From Anaerolineales bacterium (lineage in GTDB: Bacteria > Chloroflexota > Anaerolineae > Anaerolineales > UBA11858): a stretch of DNA of 64,000 nt. A program made the position numbers and the translations under genes. Positions 22,038 through 30,592 of the stretch are shown piece by piece. The stretch's first letter is position 1. Each line of letters begins with the position of its first letter. The notes beneath the pieces were generated by a model. The model ran no database searches and had not been told where the DNA came from. It worked only from the letters and a program-made list of their open reading frames with translations. The stretch spans positions 934 to 64,933 of the forward strand of contig JBGCVQ010000098.1 in NCBI GenBank assembly GCA_045888315.1, read 5' to 3'.

Positions 22038-23245
22038 TGAAAACAATTACACGCATCTTGATCCTGCTGCTGCTGGTCTGCACCGTGGTCGTTCCAACAA
22101 CAGCCCTTGCAGCGGGAAATAATGACGATAAGGTGATCTTCGGGGGCAACTATACCCTCCAGGAGGGTGAGACGCTCAACGGGGACCTGGTCGTCTTTGG
22201 AGGGAACGTTATCCTGGAGACCGATTCAACCATTAACGGTGACACGGTCGTCTTTGGAGGGAACGTCACCTCGAATGGCACCATCAACGGCAATCTGGTC
22301 GCCCTCGGTGGTATCGTTACCTTGGGCAGCCAAGCCCAGATCAATGGGGATCTGACGGTAGTGGGCAGCAGTTATAATCAGGATCCCAGCGCCAGGATCA
22401 GCGGGAACATCGTTACCGAAGACAACGTCCCCTTCGACTTTCAGCTGCCGAAGAATCTCGGCCTGCTTGAAGGACACTTTCCTCGCCTTCAACTCAACCA
22501 GCTTCCGTTCGTATCTCCGGCCTGGTTCTTCTTCCGGATCTTGATCTGGACAGGGCTGGCAGTTTTGATCGCCCTTTTCATCCAGGATCAAGCGGCTGTC
22601 ATCAATCGAGCAGCGTTCGGTGAGCCGATCATGTCTGGTGTCGTGGGCTTGGGTGTGATCCTGATTGCCCCCCTGGTGCTGATCGCATTGATCGTGACCA
22701 TTCTGCTCAGTCCTGTCAGTCTGGTCGGAATCTTCGCGCTGATCGCGGCCTGGGTCGTTGGCCTGGTATCAGTGAGCATCGAGGTCGGCCGCAAACTATC
22801 GCGGGCCATGAATCAGACCTGGCCGGTGCCTTTGATGGCTGCCCTGGGAATGTTCATCCTGGTGCTGTTCTTCAACGGCTTCAACCAACTGGTCCCCTGT
22901 GTGGGCTGGCTGCCCAAATTCATGCTGGGCGCCTGGGTGATGGGCGCTGTGATCCTGACCCGTTTTGGAACTCACCCCTACCCCGCCCAGGAAACTGCGC
23001 TGACCGCACCGGCCGCACCGGCTGCACCTGCCGCACCGGCCCAAGAGGCTATCCCTGAGGACTTTCCTCCAGCGGAGGTCAAGCTGGCAGTCTCAGATGT
23101 AAATGCCACTCCGGCAGCCCGTGAACTCGCTGAAAAGGAAGGCATTGATCTCAGCAAACTTACTGGCAGTGGTTCAGAAGGCAAGATCACCATCAACGAT
23201 GTCCGGAAAACCATCAAGGATCGGGGATGGACCTACGATAAGTAA
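22037..23245 (+). CDS. Membrane protein: signal peptide + beta-helix (bactofilin/DUF4097-like) repeats + ~5 TM helices + Ala/Pro linker + E2-type peripheral subunit-binding domain
   Basis: 402 aa. The repeats are GDLVVFGGNV/GDTVVFGGNV/GNLVALGGIV. The C terminus ATPAARELAEKEGIDLSKLTGSGSEGKITINDV matches the PSBD (E3_binding) consensus. TAATG overlap with the upstream anti-sigma gene. Confidence 0.7.
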   Translation: MKTITRILILLLLVCTVVVPTTALAAGNNDDKVIFGGNYTLQEGETLNGDLVVFGGNVILETDSTINGDTVVFGGNVTSNGTINGNLVALGGIVTLGSQAQINGDLTVVGSSYNQDPSARISGNIVTEDNVPFDFQLPKNLGLLEGHFPRLQLNQLPFVSPAWFFFRILIWTGLAVLIALFIQDQAAVINRAAFGEPIMSGVVGLGVILIAPLVLIALIVTILLSPVSLVGIFALIAAWVVGLVSVSIEVGRKLSRAMNQTWPVPLMAALGMFILVLFFNGFNQLVPCVGWLPKFMLGAWVMGAVILTRFGTHPYPAQETALTAPAAPAAPAAPAQEAIPEDFPPAEVKLAVSDVNATPAARELAEKEGIDLSKLTGSGSEGKITINDVRKTIKDRGWTYDK

Positions 23246-23253
23246 AAATGAAA

Positions 23254-23286
23254 AGCCCCGGCATGTCATGTGCCGGGGCTTTTTTT
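23254..23286. terminator. Bidirectional rho-independent terminator (AGCCCCGGCA / TGCCGGGGCT flanked by A-run and T-run)
   Basis: Read directly between convergent genes ending at 23245 (+) and 23302 (-). Confidence 0.75.
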
Positions 23287-23301
23287 ATCCAACCCACAGG
23301 T

Positions 23302-24162
23302 TCAAGATCTTCGACGCCGCCTGATCCAGGCTGCAGAAGTAAATCCAGCGGCACCCAGGCCTAGCAGGACCTCCAAGATCCTGATCCAGGGTATAGCTGG
23401 TTGGACGACCCTTGTGGGAGTCTCCTCTTCGATGACCTCATAATAGCTCTCGATCTCCGCTTCAGCCGTTGGTGCAGGAGCCGCTCCCCCGTCTTCCCCT
23501 GATTCCGAGCTCGCTGCGCCATCAGTTCCGGGTTCAGCCGCTCGGTCGCTCTCCTCCGGAGCTGTCTTCGCCTGCCCTTCTGCCACATCCTGGGCAGCTT
23601 CCTCGGGGAGATTCTCTTCCTCCACAGCACCGACCTCGCCGGTAGCTCCCACCTCAGCAGCCGGGGCAGCGGCTTCCTGGGCCATTTCAGCTTCCTGATC
23701 AGCAGCATTTTGGGATTCCATAGATTCCTCTGCAGCCAGCAAGGCTGGTTCCTCCACGGCATCAGCCGCCGGGGCGGCCTCCATAGCTGCTTGTGGGAGA
23801 GCTTCTTCAGCTCGGGGAACCCCGGCAGCAGGCAGAGAGCCTTTCAAGGAGCCAGTCCCCAGGTCAACAACTACCACAGCGATGAACAGGAAGGACAGTA
23901 CAGCCGCTGCCCAACTGTAGCCCACCGCTGGAGCCCTGGATCGCCGGATCCCTGCTTGCTGGGCTGAAAGGGTGAAATTTCGGGGGACTTTCAACGTGGG
24001 TGTCCTGGACAGGATGTGTTTAGTCCGCTTCAGGTCGTCCAAGGCAGCCCGAACCTCAGGCTCACTGCCCAGCCTGGCCTCAAGCTTCTTGACTTCCCGG
24101 GTACTCAATTCTCCATCCAAGTAGGCGGACAACTGGACCCAGTCCCTGTTAGAGATCTTCAT
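23302..24162 (-). CDS. Anti-sigma factor, single-pass, with long acidic Ala/Glu-rich extracytoplasmic region
   Basis: 286 aa with the N-terminal pattern WVQLSAYLDGELSTREVKKLEARL, one TM helix, low-complexity sequence and a C-terminal TM helix. It lies 5 nt downstream of an ECF sigma gene. Confidence 0.7.
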   Translation of the reverse strand: MKISNRDWVQLSAYLDGELSTREVKKLEARLGSEPEVRAALDDLKRTKHILSRTPTLKVPRNFTLSAQQAGIRRSRAPAVGYSWAAAVLSFLFIAVVVVDLGTGSLKGSLPAAGVPRAEEALPQAAMEAAPAADAVEEPALLAAEESMESQNAADQEAEMAQEAAAPAAEVGATGEVGAVEEENLPEEAAQDVAEGQAKTAPEESDRAAEPGTDGAASSESGEDGGAAPAPTAEAEIESYYEVIEEETPTRVVQPAIPWIRILEVLLGLGAAGFTSAAWIRRRRRS

Positions 24163-24167
24163 ACCTT

Positions 24168-24773
24168 CTATACCTCACCTAGAGGACGTAAACTGCGGGG
24201 TAAAAGTTCCTTGAACCCCGCTAAACAGTCCTGCATGCTCTGGCGGGCGCGGGCCAGGCGGCTTTTCACTGTCCCTAGCGGGCTTTCAATGACTTCCGCC
24301 GCCGCCCTGTAATCCAGTCCCTGGATATCCACCAGGACGACAACTGTCCGGAAATCGAAATCGAGCCGGTCCAGGCAGATCTGGATGGCCTCTGAGAGCT
24401 CTCTGCGCTGTGTGAAATCCTCCGGGCCCTCACCTGGATCCTCCATCCAGGATGGGGATGGGATGTCTTCCCCTTCCTGGTTCTCGGGTACCAGGGGAAC
24501 GACTGGCTGGCGCTTCCTGCGGCGGTATTCGTCATAGCAGGCGTTGCTGACAATTCGCAGAAGCCAGCTCTTGAATGATCCCCCGCGGTAGGTATGTAAT
24601 TTCTTATAAGCGGAAATAAAGGCTTCCTGGGTCGCATCCGCAGCAGCATCCTGCTCACCGATGATCCGGTAGGCCTGGTTATAAACCTGGGTTTGGAAGT
24701 GGAGAACAACCCGATTGAACGAGTCCAGGTTCCCTGCCTGCGCTTGATTGATCAGAAGCTGGAGATCTTCCAT
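24168..24773 (-). CDS. ECF RNA polymerase sigma factor
   Basis: 201 aa with FNRVVLHFQTQVYNQAYRIIG..DATQEAFISAY and a region 4 helix-turn-helix (DYRAAAEVIESPLGTVKSRLARAR). Confidence 0.9.
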   Translation of the reverse strand: MEDLQLLINQAQAGNLDSFNRVVLHFQTQVYNQAYRIIGEQDAAADATQEAFISAYKKLHTYRGGSFKSWLLRIVSNACYDEYRRRKRQPVVPLVPENQEGEDIPSPSWMEDPGEGPEDFTQRRELSEAIQICLDRLDFDFRTVVVLVDIQGLDYRAAAEVIESPLGTVKSRLARARQSMQDCLAGFKELLPRSLRPLGEV

Positions 24774-24853
24774 ACCTGGGGTTTCCGTGTCTGCCCCGCC
24801 TACCGGTTCCAGCGGGAATATTGGCTTATCGACCAGTGAGAGTGCTGCCGTTA

Positions 24854-27184
24854 TTAGCCCTCTAGCTGATCCAGGAGTTTTTGATAGGCATCCACGTTAG
24901 GCGGGTTCAGACCGATGATTTCCTTAACAACAGCCAGGGCTTCGTCCCTCTTTCCAATGTCGAGCAGCAGTTCACCCAGCCCATCCAACTCCGCGATGGC
25001 CAGCTCCTTTTTCCCAAGACCTTTATAGAAGTCGACCAACTTGCGGATCACGTAGACTTCCCGGGGAACCTCCTGCTTCAATGCCGTCAAGTAGTTATGG
25101 ATGGTTTCGCCATCGACAGCAGGGTCCAGCTGGTCGATGAAGCGCTCGATTTCCTTTTCAGCTGCTGCGAATTTGCTCAAACGGTAATTCAGGTCAATGA
25201 TGGAAATGCTTGCTTTCTGGTTCCTGGGAGCCACTTCACCGATCTCCTGATAGGTGGTGATGGCTGATTCCCAATCCAGCCGCTGGATATCAAGGTCAGC
25301 CAGGCGCTGCAGCAATCGCAAGCGGGTATTTCCGCCATCTGCCACTGTCTTGGAAATTGCCAATGCCTTGACGTAGGACGAGCGAGCACTGTCCAATTCC
25401 GCCAGAGAGAAGAACACTTCTGCCAGGTTGATATATTCCTGGATCGCCTCCTCCCTCTGGCCGTATTCCTCAAGGAGATCGATCCTGCGCTGGCGGATCT
25501 CAATATTCATGGGCTGCAGCTCGATGACCTTATTCAACATCGCCAGGGCGCGTTCAGTCTTACCCTGGACAGTATAGACGTCAGCAACTGCCAGATACTT
25601 GGTAACTGCGCCGGAGATCTTGCCTTCTTCCATCAGCAGATCCCCGATCGTGATATGGAGCGGAAGGAAAGTGGGTGCATTCTTCAGGGCAAAGAACGCC
25701 ATTTCCATGGCAGCGCCATAATGCCCTTCCTGGGCTAATTCCATGATGTTGCGGTGGGCGCCCATGATCTGGCTTCTGCGGTCATCCAAGAGCGCGTCCA
25801 GCTGGGGAAGCAAGAATCCGTCCTCGGATTTTCCTTTTGAGCGCAGTTCCGAGAGGATCTCCCTCCAATCAGGTCTGAGCAGCATTTCCTTGATATGGCC
25901 GCTCATATCGATATAAGCTTCATTTCCTTCCTGCTGTTCGAGGTCATCCATCATCACTTCATAGAGATGGATGAGGTCCTCAACATCCTGTTTTTCCGCC
26001 AGGGAGGTATCAGCGATACGCAACGCTTCCAGGTATTCCCGGCTGGCGTCAACCCACTGCTCCATACCGGCATAGTAATCGGCTAAGAGCAGGCGCGAGG
26101 CCAGGGCAAAATTCTCGTTGGAAACTGATTTATTCAAAGAACGGATGGCGCTTTCCATGCGGCCCAGGTTGCTGAACAGGTAGCCAAGCATGAAATAGGC
26201 CGCCGGATTAGTGTACCCATCATCAATGGCTGATTTGATGTATTCTGCCGCATCCTTCTCGTTTCCACCGGAGTAAGCCTCGATGGTTTGGGAAACGTGA
26301 AGCTTGAGCAGGCTGTCGTCCTCATCAGCGATATCAACAGGGTTCTCATCACCCTCAGCGTTCCAACTCAATGCAGAATCCAGATCCCGGGCGCGGGATG
26401 GTTTTCCGCCTTCAGCCATGATCTCCTCTTCAAAGAGCGCTTCAGCAAGGACGACCAGTGCCTTTGCCACTGCCTCTGCGATGGGGTTCTCGTAGACGGT
26501 AGGCTTTTCGGGTTCAGGCGCCTTCAGCTTGAGAGCATCGGTCACGACAATAGGTTCTGGTTCTTTGACGATCGGTTCGGGCAGGGGAAGCTGCCGGCCC
26601 TGATGGAGGATTTCCTTTGCCCGCAGAGCCATGATATTTTCAGGGGAGCACTTCAGCGCCCGGTCGATCGATTCCGCGGCTTTCTTAGTGTTCCCGCCCA
26701 TCTGCAGCAGGCTAGCCGTGTTGATATATTCACTGACGGCCAGCTTTTTCTTCCCCAAGCGTTCATAGACCATGCCCAGCCTCGCATGGGCTTTGACGTT
26801 ATGGATGTCAAGCTCCAGAACCCGCTTCCAGTTCTCGATGGCTTTCTGGATATCCTCGTTGGTCAGATGGGATTCTGCCGCCTGCAAGGCAACTTTGACC
26901 GCATCGCTGACCTGGTCGATATCCCGGTAAATCAAGAACATCTTCTCGTATGGCGCGGGATCTTCCGCGTAAAGCTCTACGGCCTTCCGATAAGCCTCTA
27001 AGGCTTCCCGGTATTCCCGCATCTCATAATAAGCCAGGCCAATATTGGTTAATGCTTTGAAATTATTGGGATCGATATCGAGAGCCTGCTGATAATAAAC
27101 GGCAGCGTCATTCCAGTTCTTTTCCCAGGCGGCGGAATTGCCTTTCGATAACAGATTCTGCAGCTCTTGATTCTGTTCGGTCAT
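24854..27184 (-). CDS. Tetratricopeptide (TPR) repeat protein
   Basis: 776 aa with many 34-aa TPR-like units (e.g. AAVYYQQALDIDPNNFKALTNIGLAY). It lies 21 nt downstream of polA. Confidence 0.85.
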   Translation of the reverse strand: MTEQNQELQNLLSKGNSAAWEKNWNDAAVYYQQALDIDPNNFKALTNIGLAYYEMREYREALEAYRKAVELYAEDPAPYEKMFLIYRDIDQVSDAVKVALQAAESHLTNEDIQKAIENWKRVLELDIHNVKAHARLGMVYERLGKKKLAVSEYINTASLLQMGGNTKKAAESIDRALKCSPENIMALRAKEILHQGRQLPLPEPIVKEPEPIVVTDALKLKAPEPEKPTVYENPIAEAVAKALVVLAEALFEEEIMAEGGKPSRARDLDSALSWNAEGDENPVDIADEDDSLLKLHVSQTIEAYSGGNEKDAAEYIKSAIDDGYTNPAAYFMLGYLFSNLGRMESAIRSLNKSVSNENFALASRLLLADYYAGMEQWVDASREYLEALRIADTSLAEKQDVEDLIHLYEVMMDDLEQQEGNEAYIDMSGHIKEMLLRPDWREILSELRSKGKSEDGFLLPQLDALLDDRRSQIMGAHRNIMELAQEGHYGAAMEMAFFALKNAPTFLPLHITIGDLLMEEGKISGAVTKYLAVADVYTVQGKTERALAMLNKVIELQPMNIEIRQRRIDLLEEYGQREEAIQEYINLAEVFFSLAELDSARSSYVKALAISKTVADGGNTRLRLLQRLADLDIQRLDWESAITTYQEIGEVAPRNQKASISIIDLNYRLSKFAAAEKEIERFIDQLDPAVDGETIHNYLTALKQEVPREVYVIRKLVDFYKGLGKKELAIAELDGLGELLLDIGKRDEALAVVKEIIGLNPPNVDAYQKLLDQLEG

Positions 27185-27205
27185 AAAGATCTCATCCGGT
27201 GGTTT

Positions 27206-30013
27206 TTACCCAATGTATTTTTCCAATGAACCCCAGTCTTTACCGTACTGCGCTTCCGTCGTCAGCGGAATCTCCAATGAGTATACATCCTCCATAGCGG
27301 ATTTTACAAGCTTAATTGTCTCTTCAACCTCTTCCTGAGGCGCTTCCAGCACCAATTCATCATGGACTTGGAGAAGCATGCGGGCCTTCAGCTTGGATCC
27401 AGCCAGGGCATCTGCTACAGCGATCATAGCCAATTTCATGATATCAGCTGCTGTGCCCTGGATGGGCGCGTTGATGGCTTCCCGTTCCTCCCTGCGCTTC
27501 TCGTTCTGATTGCTGGCTGTCGCCAGGCGGGGAAAATAGCGCCTCCTTCCCAGCAAAGTCTCAACATACCCATCTCTGCGGGCTTGCTCGCGGATATCAT
27601 CCAGGTATTTCTTGATGCCAGGGAAGCGCTGGAAGTAGGTATCCACGAATGTCTCCGCTTCCGCCAGGGTGAGGTCAGTGGTTTGAGTCAAACCGTAAGG
27701 ACTCATCCCGTAGATCAATCCGAAATTGATGGCTTTGGCATCCCGGCGCTGGTCGCTGGTGACCTGGTCGAGAGGTATGTCCAGAATGGCTGCCGCTGTG
27801 GCAGTGTGGATGTCCTTTCCCTCCCGGAAAGCCTCAAGCATGGCCTGATCTTTCGACATATGAGCTGCCACCCGCAGCTCGATCTGGGAATAATCCACCG
27901 CGACCAGGTTCCAACCCGGGTCCGCCACGAAAGCTTTGCGGACCTGGCGTCCCAGTTCAGTCCGGACAGGAATGTTCTGCAAGTTCGGATCCGTCGATGC
28001 GATCCTGCCCGTCACCGAGCCAGTCTGGTTATATGAGGTATGCACCCGATTGGTGCGGGGGTTGACCTGGGTCTGCAGGGCATCCACATAGGTGGATTTC
28101 AATTTCGTGTATTCCCGGTATTCAAGCACCAGGGCCGGCACGGGATGCTGATTGCGCAGGGACTCCAACACATCAGCAGCGGTTGATTGATATCCGCTGG
28201 CGGTTTTTCCTCCCCGATCAGGCGGGACCAGCGCCAGGGTCTTGAAAAGAGCTTGGGAGAGCTGTTTGGGAGAATTGAGATTGAACTCATATCCCACTGC
28301 TTGGTAGATCTCCATCTCCAGTTTATGCAGATCCTTTTCCAGGCTGGCTGACATTTCCTTCAAGAAGTCAATATCCAGGCTGATGCCCTCCATTTCCATG
28401 GATGCCAGGACCTTGATCAAGGGCATTTCCATCTCCTGGAAGATCTTTCTGCTGCCTGTCTCATCCAACTCCCCTTCCAGGATGGGTTCAAGCATCAGCA
28501 CCACCACCGCATCTTCTACGGCATACCTGGCGGCGTCTTCGATCGCCACTTCTGCCATGGTGATCTGTGATCTGCCTCTGCCAATCAAGGATTCGATCTC
28601 CTGCATGGAGCGGTCCAGGCGCACCCAGGCCAGTCTTTTCAACCCCAGATTCCGGGAATCCGGATTGATCAGCCATTCAGCGATCATGCTGTCAAAACTT
28701 AGCGGAAAGACCTCAAGACCGGATCTGGCCAGCATGATGTAGTCGTATTTCAGGTTATGTCCCAGCTTGGGGATATCCGGATCAGTCAGTGGGCCGCGCA
28801 GGGCATCCAGGACCTGATCCAGGTCCAACTGTTTACCCTTCTGGTGGCCAACAGGAATGTAATAACCGCCCTCCTCGGAAACCGCCAGCGATATCCCCAC
28901 CAGGTCTGCCGACATCTGGTCAGTTGAGGTGGTCTCGGTATCGAAAGCGATCTGGGCAGCAGCGCCCAGGACTTCAGCCAGCGCCTTGAGATCATCAGGC
29001 GAGGTGATCACCCTGACACCAATGGAACCGGGCTCATCACTCTGGGAGAGGAACTCACCTTGCTCTGGCTCCCCTGCGCTGAACATGGACATCTGCCCTT
29101 CAGGCACGCGTTTCCCGTAAATACCTTCCACGGTGGACAGCCTGGTAAGCAGGGAACCGAACTCCAGGTCCCGGAACAGGTCTCTGACCTTGAGGGGGTC
29201 GAACCGATCAGGCTTGGCTTGGTCCAGGTCGATCTTAAGATCCAGGTCGCTGACGATCCTGGCCAATTTCTGGCTCAGGTAGGCTTCCTGCTTGCCCTCT
29301 ATTAATTTGGTCTGGAAACGGCCGGAGACTTCATCGATATGCTGGTAGATGTTATCCAGGTTCTGATAATCCTCCAGCAGCTTCACCGCCGTTTTCTCCC
29401 CCACCCCGTATACGCCGGGGATGTTATCAGACCGGTCGCCGATGATGGCCTTAAGATCGACCACCTGGTTCGGCCAGACGCCAAGGGATTCCTTAACGTC
29501 ATCTGGGAAGTAATCCTGGGCATCACTGAGAGATCTTCCGGGAAGGTTGACAGTGATGCGATCATTCACCAGCTGCAGCAGATCGCGGTCCCCGGTGATG
29601 ATCTTAACCGCCAGGCCCTGGGTTACTGCCCAATTCGCCAAACTGCCCAGCACATCATCCGCCTCATATCCTTCCAACTCCGCCCGGGGAATATTGAAAG
29701 CATCCACCAGCTCGCGGATCCGTTCGATCTGAGGGCGAAGGTCCTCCGGCATTTTCTCCCGGGTGGCTTTGTATTCAGGATAAAGTTCATCCCGAAAGGT
29801 CTTTCCGGTATCAAAGACCACGGCTAAATAATCTGGTCGTTCCTGCTCCAGCAGCCGCAGCAGCACACTGGTGAACCCGTAAACACCAGCCGTAGGTTCA
29901 CCTTTACTTGTCAGCCAGCGGGCGGAATTGGTTCCACCACTGGTAAGGGCGTAGTAAGTCCGGTAAGCAAGTGCGTGGCCGTCAATCAGGTAAAGAGTTG
30001 AAGTCATAGTCAT
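27206..30013 (-). CDS. polA: DNA polymerase I
   Basis: 935 aa. It has a 5'-nuclease N terminus (LIDGHALAYR), the 3'-5' exonuclease motif FDTETTS, and polymerase motifs DYSQIELR, RRDAKAINFGLIYG and QVHDELV. Confidence 0.97.
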   Translation of the reverse strand: MTMTSTLYLIDGHALAYRTYYALTSGGTNSARWLTSKGEPTAGVYGFTSVLLRLLEQERPDYLAVVFDTGKTFRDELYPEYKATREKMPEDLRPQIERIRELVDAFNIPRAELEGYEADDVLGSLANWAVTQGLAVKIITGDRDLLQLVNDRITVNLPGRSLSDAQDYFPDDVKESLGVWPNQVVDLKAIIGDRSDNIPGVYGVGEKTAVKLLEDYQNLDNIYQHIDEVSGRFQTKLIEGKQEAYLSQKLARIVSDLDLKIDLDQAKPDRFDPLKVRDLFRDLEFGSLLTRLSTVEGIYGKRVPEGQMSMFSAGEPEQGEFLSQSDEPGSIGVRVITSPDDLKALAEVLGAAAQIAFDTETTSTDQMSADLVGISLAVSEEGGYYIPVGHQKGKQLDLDQVLDALRGPLTDPDIPKLGHNLKYDYIMLARSGLEVFPLSFDSMIAEWLINPDSRNLGLKRLAWVRLDRSMQEIESLIGRGRSQITMAEVAIEDAARYAVEDAVVVLMLEPILEGELDETGSRKIFQEMEMPLIKVLASMEMEGISLDIDFLKEMSASLEKDLHKLEMEIYQAVGYEFNLNSPKQLSQALFKTLALVPPDRGGKTASGYQSTAADVLESLRNQHPVPALVLEYREYTKLKSTYVDALQTQVNPRTNRVHTSYNQTGSVTGRIASTDPNLQNIPVRTELGRQVRKAFVADPGWNLVAVDYSQIELRVAAHMSKDQAMLEAFREGKDIHTATAAAILDIPLDQVTSDQRRDAKAINFGLIYGMSPYGLTQTTDLTLAEAETFVDTYFQRFPGIKKYLDDIREQARRDGYVETLLGRRRYFPRLATASNQNEKRREEREAINAPIQGTAADIMKLAMIAVADALAGSKLKARMLLQVHDELVLEAPQEEVEETIKLVKSAMEDVYSLEIPLTTEAQYGKDWGSLEKYIG

Positions 30014-30155
30014 TCCTGAGGATTGTCCAGATCCATCCAGCCCTTCCGAACATAAGCCTTCTTGAACGTGGATGGTCCGGGTGTGTATGTATTATATCCT
30101 GCAACCGTCCAGCACTCCCGGGAAACCCGCTGCTGGGAGAGATCACCCCCATTTG

Positions 30156-30185
30156 ACTGTCTAAGACAGTATCACCGGCGGTGAT
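30156..30185. repeat. Two abutting perfect 7-1-7 palindromes: ACTGTCT-A-AGACAGT and ATCACCG-G-CGGTGAT
   Basis: Read directly. A third ATCACC half-site lies at 30142-30147. The palindromes sit at the predicted transcription start of a minus-strand promoter, TTGAAC-N17-TAGACT (30189-30217), upstream of polA. Confidence 0.6.
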
Positions 30186-30251
30186 GTAAGTCTAACACGG
30201 TTGATTATGCCGTTCAAGACGGGCAGGGATTCACAGCCAAATAGACAAACA

Positions 30252-30271
30252 CCTCCCTGGAAAAAGGGAGG
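30252..30271 (-). terminator. Candidate terminator hairpin (CCTCCCT/AGGGAGG) followed on the minus strand by a T-rich tail
   Basis: Minus-strand reading gives CCTCCCTttttccAGGGAGGtgtttgtctattt, about 100 nt after the stop of the 63-aa ORF. Confidence 0.45.
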
Positions 30272-30373
30272 CGGTAAAGGATAAGGTTGTGGTCTCCAGG
30301 GTTGTCAGACGAAGATCTGCACCTGGAACAGGCAGGATCGAAAGGTCAGGAGTCTCAAGTAGCAGGACTGGGC

Positions 30374-30565
30374 CTATGCTTCCAGGAGCATTTCCACCAG
30401 CTGCAGGAACTCATCCCATTCTTCCATAAAGAAATGGACCGTCAGGTTGTTGAGCTCCAAGTGATAGGTGCTTTCCTCATCAGGCTCATCCGCCCGCCAG
30501 GCTAGGAAGTTCTCGGTTTCGGCGATGATCTCTGTATCCAGGTTTTGGTCATTTTCGTTTTCCAT
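30374..30565 (-). CDS. Small, very acidic hypothetical protein (63 aa)
   Basis: AGGAG RBS 5 nt upstream of the ATG. It lies 27 nt downstream of the M23 peptidase gene. No family recognised. Confidence 0.5.
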   Translation of the reverse strand: MENENDQNLDTEIIAETENFLAWRADEPDEESTYHLELNNLTVHFFMEEWDEFLQLVEMLLEA

Positions 30566-30592
30566 AACATCTCCTGTTCTGTTTTTCCCGTT

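Noticed and set aside
22990-23045. Short tandem nucleotide repeat encoding APAAPAAPAAPA
   Set aside because: It is not a CRISPR or satellite repeat. It is the Ala/Pro-rich flexible linker typical of sequences preceding a PSBD, as covered in the finding on 22037-23245.
23400-23800. Acidic Ala/Glu-rich low-complexity tract in the anti-sigma factor
   Set aside because: This is compositionally biased linker sequence, common in anti-sigma extracytoplasmic regions. There is no periodic repeat or separate coding signal.
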